Source of the DNA: Hypanus sabinus
Lineage: Eukaryota
Assembly (NCBI RefSeq): GCF_030144855.1
Contig: NC_082714.1
Span: 96,038,001 to 96,102,000, forward strand
DNA: 64,000 nt
Reading direction: 5' to 3'
The notes under the pieces were generated by a model. It did not search any database and was not told the origin of the DNA. It saw nothing but the letters and a program-made list of their open reading frames with translations. How positions within the stretch are numbered: position 1 is the stretch's first letter; each line of letters starts with the position of its first letter. Positions 1 through 13,155 of the stretch are shown in pieces. Made by a program: the position numbers and the translations under genes.

Positions 1-468
1 TGAATTTTGTAACATGGCACTTAATAAAGAGACAACTTAGCGGTGGGTTCACAGTGGGTTTGTCTTTTGTCGGCTGCTCTCTGTTCGTCGAATGAAGTAG
101 TAACGAGAAACATGACGAGCTTGAACTACCTTTCATAGATTACAGTCAAGTCAGTTCAAACGGCTTACCCGCCCCTGCTTATCAATGCCGATCTCCGTGT
201 ACTCCATCTTCAAGGATCAACAATTAACTTTATTCACCGTATACAGTTCAATGCATTAGCAGTTGGCTGTGGTGTGTTAGCGTGACATGAAACAGGCATT
301 CAAGAATTACAGGGAATAATTGCATAAAATTAAAGTTAGAAGTAAAATTCAGTATATGGAATATAATGAGCACAAATACATAAATAACAGCATCAATGTA
401 CAATATAAGCAACATTATAAAACAAGGTTTAAAGTACTTACAGTACAGTGCAGACACTGGGATAATAG
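1..468 (+). repeat. Diverged paralogue of the IgL C-exon 3' flank (copy A); distal part is a minus-strand LINE-tail repeat
   Basis: Colinear with 46367-46825 (TGAATTTTGT..TTAATAAAGAG..CACAGTGG..GCTTGAACTACC..CAAACGGCTTA..ATGCCGATCTC..CAAGGATCAA). Similarity resumes for about 25 bp after the CR1 (4517-4540 vs about 46827-46850). Confidence 0.85.
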
Positions 469-651
469 CACTTTAAAAGGCAGGACTTCTTTTCAGAGCG
501 GGCAGCGGAGTCGGTGGAAGCAGAGTCCTGGGCTTTGGCTAAGTGGGCTTCGGCGTAAGGGGACTTCGGTAAGCTTGTGTGATTGCTCGCTGAGGGGAAG
601 AAGGTAAGGTCGCTAGGTGCTTTTTAGACATTCTATTAATTCAGTTCAGGT

Positions 652-1593
652 ATGGGGGAGACAGTCAGAGCAGTGGTGTGCTCCGTATGCAGTATGTGGG
701 AGGTCAGGGTCAACACAGTTGTCCCTGATGACCACACCTGCAAAAGGTGCGTCCAGCTGCAGCTCCTATCAGCCCGAGTTAGGGAGTTGGAGCAGGAGCT
801 GGATGAACTACGGATCATTCGGGAGGTGGAGGCAGAGATAGATAGGAGTTATCAGGAGGTAGTCACACCAAAAAACCAAGAAGTAGGCAGATGGGTGACG
901 GTCCAGAGAGGCAGGGGGAGCAGGCAGAGAGAGCAGAGCACCCCTGCTGCCATTCCCATTAACAATAAGTATACCGTACTGGATACTGTTGATGGGGATG
1001 ACCTACCAGGAATGAGTTGTAGTAGTCCTGCCTCTGGCACAGAGGTTGAACCCTCAACTAGAAAGGGGAGGAGGGAAGAGAAGGGAGCGATAGTTTTAGG
1101 GGACTCTATAGTTAGGGGGGCAGATAGGAGATTTTGTGGGGCAGATCGGGAGTCTCGGATGGTATGTTGCCTCCCTGGTGCCAGGGTCCGGGACATTTCA
1201 GATCGGGTGCAGGCTATTCTTGAGAGTGAGGGCATGAACCCAGATGTAGTGGTCCATGTAGGGACCAATGATGTAGGTAAGGTGAGTGAGGGGGTCCTGC
1301 TTAGAGAGTTCAGGGAGTTAGGAGTGAAGCTGAAAGGCAGGACCTCCAGGGTGACAATCTCGGGATTGCTACTTGTGCCACGTGCGAGTGAGGCGAAGAA
1401 TAGAATGATTATGCACATTAATCCGAGCCTGAGAGCATGGTGCAGGAAGGAAGGGTTCAGGTTTTTGGATAATTGGTCTTTGTTCCAGGGACATTGGGAT
1501 CTGTTTCGAAGGGATAGTCTACATCTGAACCGGAGGGGTACTAACATTCTTGCAGGAGTATTTGCCAGTGCTGCTCGGGGGGGTTTAAACTAG
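652..1593 (+). CDS. CR1 ORF1 protein (N-terminal CxxC..CxxC finger, coiled coil, SGNH esterase-like domain), open frame
   Basis: 313-aa ORF with CSVC/CKRC, GDSIVRG, HVGTND and DSLH motifs typical of CR1 ORF1 esterases. Confidence 0.9.
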   Translation: MGETVRAVVCSVCSMWEVRVNTVVPDDHTCKRCVQLQLLSARVRELEQELDELRIIREVEAEIDRSYQEVVTPKNQEVGRWVTVQRGRGSRQREQSTPAAIPINNKYTVLDTVDGDDLPGMSCSSPASGTEVEPSTRKGRREEKGAIVLGDSIVRGADRRFCGADRESRMVCCLPGARVRDISDRVQAILESEGMNPDVVVHVGTNDVGKVSEGVLLREFRELGVKLKGRTSRVTISGLLLVPRASEAKNRMIMHINPSLRAWCRKEGFRFLDNWSLFQGHWDLFRRDSLHLNRRGTNILAGVFASAARGGLN

Positions 1594-1651
1594 ATGTGCA
1601 GGGGGCAGGGATCCAGATCCAGAGGGTTGGTCAGAAGGTGCATGGGGTTAA

Positions 1652-4423
1652 ATGGTTAAATGTGTACAAGGTTTGGGTGATCTTGAGAAGGTCATCAAAA
1701 TTCAGGGTGCAATTTGCCCGATGGAAGTTCAAGGAGCTGGGTTAGGTACAGTAGACAGTGTTTTAAGCAAAGAGAGGAGGAATGGGATAAGAATTCTACA
1801 CTTGAATGCGCGTAGTGTCAGAAATAAGACAGATGAGCTTGAAGCTCAGATGAAAATGGGGAACTACGATATTGTTGGGATAACGGAGACATGGCTGCAA
1901 GGGGATCAGGCCTGGGAATTGAGTGTACCAGGGTATACGTGCTATCGTAGAGACAGATATATGGGAAGAGGGGTAAAAAGAGGGGTAAGGGTAAAAAGAC
2001 CCTAATGGGTGTTGTGTACAGGCCCCCAAACAGTAGCGTGGTTATTGGGTACAAGTTGATTAGGGAGTTAACATTGGCATGTGCTAAAGGTAATGCAGTC
2101 GTTATGGGAGATTTCAACATGCAGGTGGACTGGGAGAATCAGGTAGGTGCTGGACCCCAGGATAGGGAGTTTGTGGAGTGTCTAAGGGATGTATTTTTGG
2201 AACAGCTTGTGCTTGAGCCAACCAGGAACGAGGCTATTTTGGACTTGGTGATGTGTAATGAACAGGAATTGATAAGTGATCTTGAAGTAAAGGAGCCATT
2301 TGGAAGTAGTGATCATAACATGATAAGTTTTTATCTACAATTTGAGAGGGATAAGGGCAGATCAGAGGTGTCAGTGTTGCAATTAAATAGAGGAGACTAC
2401 GGAGCCATGAGGGAAGAGCTGGCCAAAGTTAAATGGGCGGATGCCCTGGCAGGAAAGACAGTGGATCAGCAGTGGCAGATATTCTTGGGGATAATACAAA
2501 GGATGCAAAAGCAGTTCATTCCAATGAGAAGGAAGGATTCAAAGAGGGGGAAGGGGCCACAGTGGTTGACAAAGGAAGTCAGAGATTGTATAGCATTAAA
2601 GAAAAAGAAGTATGACAGGGCTAAGATGAGTGGGAATACAGATGATTGGGAAAGTTTTAAGGAACAGCAGGAATATAAAAGGGGATAGCAAAAGCTTTTT
2701 TAGCTATGTGAAGAGAAAGAAGATAGTTAAGAACAATGTTGGCCCCTTGAAGAATGAATTGGGAGAAATTGTTATGGGAAACAGGGAAATGGCAACAGAA
2801 TTTAATGCATACTTTAGATCTGTCTTCACCAGGGAGGACACAAGGACACAAGGATACATCTCCCAGATGTATGGATGTGCCAGGGTCATAAGATATCAGA
2901 GGAATTGGGACAGATTGACATTAGGAAAGAAACTGTGATGAGTAGACTGGTAGGACTGAAGGCTAATAAATCCCCGGGTCCAGATGGTCTGCATCCGAGG
3001 GTTGTAAAAGAGGTGGCTCAGGAAATTGCGGATGCATTGGTAATCATTTTCCAATGTTACTTAGATTCAGGATCAGTTCCTGAAGATTGGAGAGTGGCTA
3101 ATGTTGTCCCACTTTTCAAGAAGGGAGGGAAGGAGAAAACGGAGAACTATCGCCCTGTTAGCCTAACGTCAGTCGTGGGGAAGATGCTTGAGTCCATTAT
3201 TAATGACGAAATAGTGGCACATCTAGATGGCAGAAATAGGATTAGGCCGAGCCAGCATGGATTTACCAAGGGCAAATCATGCTTGACTAATCTGTTGGAG
3301 TTTTTTGAAGGTGTAACAAGGGTGTTAGATGAGGGTAAGCCAGTAGATGTTGTGTACCTAGATTTTCAGAAGGCATTCGATAAGGTGCCACATAGGAGAT
3401 TGGTGAGTAAAATCAGTGCTCATGGCATTGGGGGCAGGGTTTCAACATGGATAGAAAACTGGTTGGCAGATAGAAAGCAAAGACTGGCTGGAGGTGACTA
3501 GTGGGGTACCACAGGGCTCTGTATTGGGACCACAGCTCTTTACGATTTATGTCAATGATTTAGATGAGGGCATTGAAAACTATATCAGCAAGTTTGCTGA
3601 CGATACTAAACTGGGTGGCAGTGTGACATGCGAAGAGGACGTTAGGAGAATACAGGGAGACTTGGATAGGCTGAGTGAGTGGGCAGATACTTGGCAGATG
3701 TCATTCAATGTGAATAAATGTGAAGTTATCCACTTTGGAAGCTGGAACAAGAGGGCAGAGTATTGTCTGAACGGTGTCGAGTTAGGTAAGGGAGAAATGC
3801 AAAGAGACCTAGGAGTCCTAGTTCACCAGTCAATGAAGGTGAATGAGCAAGTGCAACAGGCAGTGAAGAGGGCAAATGGAATGTTGGCCTTTGTTACAAG
3901 GGGAATTGAATACAAGAGCAAGGATGTTCTTTTGCATTTGTACAGGGCCCTGGTGAGACCACACCTGGAATATTGTGTACACTTTTGGTCTCCAGGTTTA
4001 AGGAAGGACATTCTGGCAATTGAGGAAGTGCAGCGTAGATTCACTAGGTTGATTCCTGGGATGGCAGAGCTGTCTTACGCAGAGAGATTGGAGAGATTGG
4101 GCTTGTACACGCTGGAATTGAGGAGATTGAGAGGGGATCTGATTGAAACGTTTAAGATAATTAAAGGATTTGATAGGATTGAGGCAGGAAATATGTTCCA
4201 GATGTTGGGAGAATCCAGTACCAGAGGGCATGGATTGAGAATAAGAGGTCAGTTATTTAAAACAGAGTTGAGGAAGAGCTTCTTCTCCCAGAGAGTTGTG
4301 GGGGTGTGGAATGCACTGCCTCGGAAGATGCATTCTCTGGATGCTTTCAAGAAGGAGCTGGATAGATATCTGATGGATAGGGGAATCAAGGAATATGGGG
4401 ACAAGGCAGGGACTGGGTATTGA
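1652..4423 (+). pseudogene. CR1 ORF2 (APE endonuclease + reverse transcriptase), fragmented
   Basis: ORF pieces contain [57 protein letters not shown] and FADD; several deletions and frameshifts. Confidence 0.95.
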
Positions 4424-5099
4424 TAGTGAATGATCAGCCATGATCTCAGAATGGCGGTGCAGACTCGAGGGGCCGAATGGTCTACTTCTGCACCTATTGT
4501 CTATTGTCTATTGTCTAATAGATAGGGATGTGGGGGTTACTGAAAATTTTACCGGAAGGAGAAATTGATCCTCAAGCCATGAGGTTGCAGGCTTCCTCGC
4601 CAGTAAACGATGCATTTCTCCTGCACATCAAGATGGCCTCATCCTGGCTGAAGGCAAGATCATTGACAGACATGTCGGAAAGAATATGGGAGTAAAAAAT
4701 GAAATGTTTTGTCACCGGAAAAAAATACGTTTTTGACGGACGAAGGTGAAGACAGAAACAGCCAACCAAAGTAAATCACAAATAATTACAGATGTCTTTT
4801 TTCAGTAAGCACGCGAGTTCTGAATCCAACGAGCAATTTTTCAGGTAACTCCTTCTATGTTAATCTCCGAACAAGCCTCCGATTTTAGAAACGCTTTAGT
4901 AAATTCCATGCAATCAAAATCCACACCTCTACGTACAATCGTGTTCGTCATCTTCTCGCAGAACTCAATTAAATTCACAAGGCATACACAGGGATAATTG
5001 GCAATGAATTCATAAGAATAATCTCCAGTAATTTCCCTACCACTGACGTGAGCCTCGCTGGTCTATAGGTTCCGTGATTAATCCCATGTAAGATTTAAA

Positions 5100-5465
5100 A
5101 AATCGTATTAAAATATGAAAGGGATAGATATGATAGAGGCAGGAAAGTTGTTTCAACTGGTAGGCGAGACTGGAACTAGGGACCATAGCCTAAAGATTCG
5201 GGGGAGAGGATGAGGAACTGATTTTCCCAGAGAGTAGTGAATCTGTGGAATTCTACGTCTAATGAAGCAGTGGTGGCTACCTCAGTAAATATATTTAAGA
5301 CAATGTTCGATAGATTTTTGTATAGTAGGGAATTAAGGGTTATGGGGTAAAGGCAGTCAGGGAGAGCTGGGTCCATGGTCAGATCAGCAATAATCTTATT
5401 GAATGGTGGAGCAGACTCGATAAGCCCGATGGCCTACTCCTGCTCATATTTCTTTTGTTCTTGTG
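5100..5465 (+). mobile_element. CR1 3' fragment
   Basis: CR1 RT C-terminus/3'UTR motifs (CAGAGAGTAGTGAATCTGTGGAATT, GAATGGTGGAGCAGACTCGAT..GCCTACTCCTGCTC). Confidence 0.75.
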
Positions 5466-6684
5466 CTCTTATACACAGAAAAAGGTACCATTTCTTCAAT
5501 GAATCCATGCACCCTAAATGCATATACATATGTATACATATATATATATATATTAAACAATACCACTATGATCATACATAAAATTGCCATTACAGCAGCA
5601 TGCGATATTATCCTCACCCATGGATGTATTTGAATATTTGTTCCCCAATTCCAGAACTTATCCCAAGAATCTGGATCAATCAATATTTCATTTGATTTAT
5701 CAGCATGTAATAATAACTTTCGCACATTTAGTCCATTGATGGATTATCTGTTTTGCTTCCGCCACAACTCGAGCCCAGTCTTCTGTCAAATGAGCAACCA
5801 GTGGCTGCTCGGTTCAACATAGTCCCACTGTATCAATCTGTATCAGTCTGTTGGGTTGTGAAGTTCACCTTAGTTACCGCATTTATTGTTAGCTGACCAA
5901 AGTTTCTTCTCCAATAGTCAAATGTGAAGTCACATTCCCACCTTATGACTTTCCACAGGACACTATTTCCATCCTTTGGTATAATTTGATGTTGCTGTTG
6001 CCATATATTTGTCTGTCCCACCTATGCATATTGTAGGAAAAACTCATTTACAAACAGAATATTTTTAAGACAAAGATGGATAGATTTTTACATGGTAGGG
6101 GGACGATGGGTTATGAGTGTGAAAGTGAGCCCATGGCTAGATCTATCATGATCTTATTGAATGGCGAGCCGGCTCGATGTTACCCTTGTTCCTATTTCTT
6201 ACTGTATGCTCGTATAACGCATCAAAAACTTCTCAAGGGCACATCAAGAAAAGAAACGAATTTTGATCTCACCAACGTCTAACATGTCTCAGAAAACGCA
6301 TAAGGAAAGAAATGTCTCTGGTCAGCAACCAGGACACGAATGGCTCTAGTAAAATGCAAGGTCGTTTCATTGAATTGTTGTCCATATATTCAGCAAGCTG
6401 CTCGCACATCTTATAATGGAAACTATATAAACACGCATCAAATAAGCAAGTCCATACTATCAAACAACACGGAAGCAGATCTGTCCGCCCAACTGGTCCA
6501 TGCTGATCAAGACGTCCCACCAAGCATGTCCCACTTCATTCCACATAGATACCTTAGATGCTTTGTGTGAGGAAGCAGCCCTTAAAGTTCCTGATAGACA
6601 TATTCCCGGTCACTCTATACCTCTGCCCTCTATTTCTTGATAACCTAATTCTGTGAAAAAGACTGAGTGCATTGACTTTATCGC

Positions 6685-6860
6685 CAGGGTAGCGCACAGG
6701 TTAGCGGGACGCTGATATAACTCGAAGCGCCGGAGACCAGAGATCAATCCCGATATCAGCCGTAAGATGTCTGAACGTCCTCCGCGAGGAGTGCTTGGAT
6801 TCCCCCCGGCTGCTCCGGCAGAACACGGCAACACCTGATGTGGGTGGGTTACAGAAGCAG
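6685..6860 (+). mobile_element. Degraded tRNA-derived SINE (V-SINE/HE1-like)
   Basis: tRNA-like head (GGTAGCGCACAGGTTAGC..GATCAATCCCG) followed by a V-domain-like core (GTCCTCC..GGATTCCCCCCGGCTGCTCCGG). Recognised by eye. Confidence 0.55.
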
Positions 6861-7363
6861 AAGACTACGAACATACATGTACTGGATTTTCTTTTATTAG
6901 GCACAGGAGGTGTCCAGAGCTGGGCACTCAGTTTCTGAAAGCCAGCATGTGGAGCTGTTGCGAGGCGCAGTTTCAGTAATTTAGGAAACCCAATGTAATT
7001 ATCAACTTCTACAGAGCAAAGAAATGAATTGTTAAAAAGTTCCCATTACAAGTTCCCATTAATTTAGCCAACTCACAGTAAAGTCTCAAATACCCACAAA
7101 AAGGAAACCGTTTATTACTTATCAAGAAAATTACATTCATTTATATTGAGCTCTCTTGTTCTCATCTGCACATTAGAGACATTTGCCAAAAAAAGTTTTA
7201 CGGGCAGTATCATAACTCAGAGAAGTTACCTAAAAGCAAAACGAAAATAAAGCCAAAGAGGAAGGCAACATTACGAAATAGTTTCACAGTGATGAGCAAG
7301 ACACACAAAGTGCTGGAGAACTTGGCAGGTCTCGCAGTATCTCTGGAGGGGAATACATAATCG

Positions 7364-10300
7364 GGTTTCCGGTGACGTCATCGTCGGGAATGGTAGCTTA
7401 AATCACTAGCTCCTCCGGAAAAACGCGTATTAAGCCCCGTTAACCCATCAACTATAGTATTTTTCGAAAAATATTTGAACTGAAAAGAGGGGCAAGAATG
7501 GGGAAAGAGCATGGAAATAAAAAAAGCGACACTGCGGAGCCTGCGGCCGAGAGGAGTACAGCGAGCGGCTCTCCTACCCGACCGCGTGCTAGCGAGGCGG
7601 ACGCTGGGCCTCATATTCAGGCGAAGCGGCGAATATGATCAAAATCCTGAAAGAAATAATGGAGTTCCAGAAAAATGTAAAGCAGCAGCTACATGACATT
7701 AAGTCAGAGCTCGCCAACGTCAATCAAAAAATAGCGGTGGCAGAGACTCGAATTGAGAAGGTGGAAGATCGCATTCAAAACATAGAACGAATACTGAGTA
7801 AGACGATAAAAATATTAAATCACCAAGAAGGTAAACTGCTTGACCTGGAGGGAAGAGCATGGCGGAAAAATATCAGAATATACAACGTTCCCGAATGAGC
7901 GGAGGGTTTGTCTATGACGGACAACCAAAGAATAGTATTTGGAAACTAAATTCAAGTCTACTCAGTGATCCGTACTTTAAGGAACAAATTTAAAAAGAAA
8001 TTGGTCTCTACTTAGAATTTCATGATAATGGAGAGGTTTCACCTCCTATTTTATGGGATACTCTGAAGGCTGTCTTAAGAGAGAAAATTATAGCGATATC
8101 TTCATATAAGAAAAAACATAAGGAATAAAACAGTAGAAGAATTACAAAATAGGCTGAATGAACTAGAAAGAAAAACACAAATTGAATTTGGCACAGGATA
8201 CATCACGGGAAATTAAAAGAATTAGGAATGAAATAAATAATTTGGCTATGCAAGAAATCAGGAAAAATTTAATGTTTTTGAAACAGAGACTTTGTGAAAG
8301 TGGATCAAAATCTATGATAATATTGGCGTGGAAACTGAGAAAAATAGCAGAAAATACAGTTCATAGAATTAGGGACACAAGAACGAAAATGATTTTAAAA
8401 AATAAGCTAAGTGAAATTCAAGAAGCTTTTGAAGTGTTTTACAAAACTCTATATACCAAAGTTCCGGGGAAGCATAACCCAAATTGACACCTTCTTGAAT
8501 TCTCTGGAGTTACCCAATTTAAGCGAAGAACAAAATAGAAGGATGACTGCTGACATAACTGAAGTTGAATTAAAAGCTGCAATTAGTAGGCTTAAATTAA
8601 GCAAGTCACCAGGATCAGGTGGGAATACGGCAGAGTGGTACAATGAATTTGAAAATGAGTTAATTCCTGTTTTACTCCCCACACTGAACTGGCTCTAAAA
8701 AAGGCACAAATGCCACCCATTTGGAAGGAAGCGATAATCTCAGCTATACCGAAAGAAGGCAAGGATAAAATGGAATGCGTGTCATTTAGACCAATATCCG
8801 TTCTTTTTTTTTTAATGTAGATTATAGATTATTTACCTCCATCATGGCCAAATGATTAGAGGAGTTTCTACCCATACTGATACGTGACGATCAGACAGGT
8901 TTTATAGGACAACACCAGACACAAGACAATATACGAAGTGCACTTCACATTATGGATCATATACAAAAAAATAAAATTGAAGCAATAATGATAAGCATGG
9001 ACGCTGAAAAGTCATTTGATTCGGTTAATTGGAATTTTCTTTACAGAGTTTTACATAGATTTGGTTTCCAAGACACAATTATTAAAACTATACAGACACT
9101 ATATGACAACCCTACTGCTCAGATTAAAATTATGGATATATATCAATAGTATTACCCTAGAAAGGGGTACGAGACAGGGTTGTGCATGGTCACTGCTACT
9201 CTTCGCGTTATATCTGGAACCATTAGCTCAATACATCAGACAAAATTAAGATATCAGGGGAATTACTATTAAAGGGACAGAGCATGAATTGGCTTGTTAC
9301 GCGGATGACATTTTTATCTATCTAGGGCAACCAACATACTACATTTACCTAAATTGATGTAATCCTTTGAACAATATGGTCAATTATCAGGATACAAGAT
9401 CAACATAGATAAAACCCAATTTCTTTCATATTACTATAGCCCACCAAGAGAAATTGAAAGTAGATATCCTTGGGCATGGCACACAGAGTCCTTCAAATTT
9501 TTGGGCATCATTATGCCAATAGAGATTAATCAAAATCAATTCAATGAATGGAATAAGATGTTATCAAGGTATATTTGGCAGGGTAAAGGGCCTAGAGTTC
9601 GTCTCAAAACTTAGCAATTAGCAAAGGAAAAGGGGAGATGGGGCCTACCTTCTCTTAAAGATTATTATTTTGCAGCTCAGTTGAGAGCTGTGATATGTTG
9701 GTGAAACCCATCATATGACGTTCAATGGAAAAACATTGAGGAGCAGGTACTTCCCATCCCCATACAAGCAATTTTGGCTGATAACAACCTGCAAAGATAC
9801 AAAAATACTATTGATAACCCATGGGTGAAATTGACTCTTAAAATATGGAAAATACTATCAAAGAATACAATCTAGAGGGAGATATTGCAATTGTTAAATG
9901 GTGTGCATACGACTCGGATTTTACACCAAATAAATTGGATACCAGTTTTAAGGACTGGACAGCTAAAGGAATAACAGTTCTTTGCAACATAATGAAAGAA
10001 GGAACACTGTTCAGTTTTGAAATGCTTGAAGAGAAACACTTATTAGAAAAACAAGATTTTTATCGGTTTACAAATGCGACAATATGCTAATAAGACGCCA
10101 AAAAATCTAACCAAGGCAAGTACATGCTTGATAGAGCTATTTAGAAAAGCATATAATTCAGATAACGACAGTAGAATCATTTCAAGCATGTATAAGGGGT
10201 TGTCAAATCTTAAAACCCATTCGACTTCATACATTAAAACAAAATGGGAGAAGGAAGGAGGGATAATTATATCTGAGGAAGAATGGGCAATAATATGGAG

Positions 10301-11030
10301 GTATCAATGGAAGTGTACCAGTTCACAGAAATGGAGGGAGTTTGGATGGAAAAACTTGATAAGATATTTTATTACACCATCTCAGAAATCCAATTATGAT
10401 AGTAACATCCCCGTTTGCTGGAGAAATTGTGGAAAACAAAATGCAAATCATTATCATATTTTTTGGGACTGCCTTGTTTTCAAAAACTATTGGAGGAAGA
10501 TACATAATGCCCTACAAGATATCTTTAGATGTGAAATACCCTTATAGAGTAAGACCATATATTTTGGATATATACCTCAAGAATGCTTGAAAAGAGATAA
10601 ATATTTAATGAATATACTGTTGGCGGCTGGTAGAAAGGCTCTTACTAGGAAATGGTTATCACAGGAGAGCCCAACTTTAAATACATGGATGGAAATTACA
10701 TAGACATTTACAAAATGGAGAAGATAACAACATCTGTTAATCATAAGCTGGAACAATTTGATTCATACTGGGAAAAATGGTTTAACTACATAATGCCTCA
10801 TAGGCCTGATTTTATTCTCACAAATCAATGAAGATGTTGTTACAAAAAAGATCACTCCCTACTTGTACATTTTTTTTCCTTTTGCTTGTTTTTTTCTTTC
10901 CACTCTTTTCTATAAGTGCATACCTCAGATAAATACTTTGTGGAGATTTGTGATATATATGTACAATGTCTGAAATACATCTTATAGAAATGTTTGATGA
11001 TTAACTTCAATTAAAAAAATTACAAAAAAG
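7364..11030 (+). mobile_element. L1-clade LINE with 5' end, internal deletion and A-rich tail; decayed
   Basis: ORF1 coiled coil and RxNIRIxxVPE (7635-7898) joined at about 7920 to the end of the ORF2 endonuclease. RT motifs KSPG, DAEKSFD, GTRQGC and YADD. Flanked by ATACATAATCG (7353-7363) and ATACACAATCG (11033-11043). Confidence 0.9.
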
Positions 11031-11032
11031 TC

Positions 11033-11165
11033 ATACACAATCGACTTTTCGGGCAGAGTCACTTCATCAGGGCGGTTCCATCGATCTTGTTTGACCTGCT
11101 GGGTTCCTCCAGCGTTTTCTGTGCGTTACTCTGGATTTTCAGCATCTGCAGAATTCCTTCTGTGT
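11033..11165. repeat. Right part of a short palindromic non-autonomous repeat split by the L1 (left part 7301-7363)
   Basis: Arms TGCTGGAGAACTTGGCAGGTC and GACCTGCTGGGTTCCTCCAGCG are reverse complements. Related copies at about 11525-11620, 21330-21445 and 46870-47005. Confidence 0.65.
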
Positions 11166-13099
11166 TGGTTCCTGACAAGATTAGTGGCTGACTCCAAGAC
11201 TTGGGGAAATAGAGGTTATAATGATAAACTCTAATAAATGCAATAATAAATACAACTTGGAATTCGGGAAGCATTTAAAACTCTGAGAGTGGAAAATTGC
11301 GGAGCTCGCTCGACGTGGTGAACAGCTGACGTGGATTTAATGCAAGAATATGTGGTCACGCGAGAGGAATGAAGCGGATGTACATGACGATGTGTGAGAT
11401 GGATAAAGGTGAAAGCCAGTAACTGCAGAGCAGAAGCAACAGCGCGGAAAACGAGGGTCGAATGAATCTTCCGTACTGTCGATTTTTTGCAGGAGCTTTA
11501 ATAGCAGAGATTAACTTTCAGAGTAACACGCACAAAATGCTAGAATAAATCAGCAGGTCAGGTAATATCTTTGGAAAGGAATAAGCAGTTAACACTTCAG
11601 GCCGAGATCCTTCCTGAGGACTGCTGACTTTGAAAATATTTGACGAAGAGGAGAGAAGAGTGACACAGAATTAAAATTTAATTCATAGTAAAACTGCTGG
11701 TTTGGAACAGAAATACCCATGTTGCACCATACCAGAATCTATGCTGGAAAGAAATTTGACCTTAAATAACAGGGAAACGAATTAGCCCTTGATGTGCAGA
11801 GGCCAGGGTGTGATGTCATTATGGATGTCCAGTGAGCTGCGACCGGTAGACTCGCAGGCAGACTTACGCAGAATGTATCTATTTCGCATTCAGACCCTTC
11901 AAAGACCAGTAAACAATTACAACAATCAAGATTACCGCTTGAGATGGAAAACGTGACCCAACTAGTGCGAGTTTCCTGCTTTCGTCGCATGGGTGCTGGT
12001 ACAGTGGAAGGCACAGCTCATCACATCGAGCATATTTATGGAAATTAACCTCAAACACAGTGATCTATGTTGCACTTGGTGTGTAGGGGCATCGTAATAT
12101 AAACAATGCTCTGACCTAACTAAATACTGAAAGTAGAAATTTAACACTGTAACAATATAATTTCGGGTCACCGATCACCTCCAACAGGATGTGCTTTGAT
12201 ATATAAGGTTACTTCCCCGAATTTCGCAAAATTCAGAAGGCCCAAAGACATCGAAGCAGAATTAGGCCATCGGTCTGCTCCGCCATTCTATCACAGCTAG
12301 TTCATTATCCCTCTTAATACCATTGTCCTGCCTTTTTCCGTAACTTTCGACTTCCTTACTAATCAAGAACCTTTTTAAACATAACCAATAAATTGACCTC
12401 CACATCCGTCTGCGGCAATGCATTCCACAGATTCACCATACTCTGGACATCCTCTGGACCCTCTCCATTGCCAGTACATCACTTCTTAGAATGGGGGCCC
12501 ATAGACTGTTCAGAAATTTACAAGTGCCTCAGTATTATGTCAATGCCATGGGAATCACCACTTATTATGAACTACATTCGATGTTAGAACGTGATGATTG
12601 CAAGAACAGCCCAAAGACTTGGAACCCAGACGACTAGCATTTATTGAGAGCGTAATCCATTTCAACCTCAGCACAGGTCACAAATTCACCGAAATTCTCT
12701 CGACTGGCCCCTGTAGGTGCAGTTCCGATAACTCGAACAGGGTGTTATGCACACAAAGCAGGTCAACTAAAATTCACTGCAGTATCACACCAGACCTTTC
12801 CAGCAGCTCTTCCCAAGCCCTGACCAAGACGTTCAAGTGAGGCAAACACAACCTCCTGGCTTTGTCCTGTGATATCTCTGGTTCTAAACCCTGCAATTCC
12901 CTCCCTTACTTCGCAAAGTAACTTCACAAGAGGGTCTGCAATAAGTACGGACGTCTCATCGCCAGCTTCTGCGGAGATTTAGAGAAGAGGACACCAATGG
13001 TAGTTTTCCTAGTGATACAATTCTCTCCACGCCGGAAACTATGAACAAACCATGTTCTGTTTGGAAGTCTCTCTCAACAATGCACCACAGCCTTTTGAC

Positions 13100-13155
13100 A
13101 TTGTCGTTTCCTTTTGGTGAAGGATATTTTGTGCTCTGCTGTTCTCTGTCCAGAT
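13100..13155 (+). pseudogene. Candidate degenerate leader exon of the IgSF receptor pseudogene
   Basis: Hydrophobic stretch (RIFCALLFSV or YFVLCCSLS) followed by a GTAACT donor at 13156, 315 nt upstream of the V-exon acceptor. No intact ATG. Confidence 0.3.

Larger units (their letters stand above)
469..4515 (+). mobile_element. Near full-length CR1-clade LINE, young family, ORF2 disrupted
   Basis: 5'UTR, ORF1, EN-RT ORF2 and (CTATTGT)n tail at 4494-4515. Flanked by TAATAG at 463-468 and 4516-4521 (5-6 bp TSD). Confidence 0.95.

Noticed and set aside
852-1547. 231-aa minus ORF and similar antisense ORFs (22861-23250, 25130-25510, 50268-50792)
   Set aside because: Shadows of CR1 coding strands with no independent motifs.
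6685-6760. tRNA-like A/B boxes
   Set aside because: SINE head; no cloverleaf, so not a tRNA gene.
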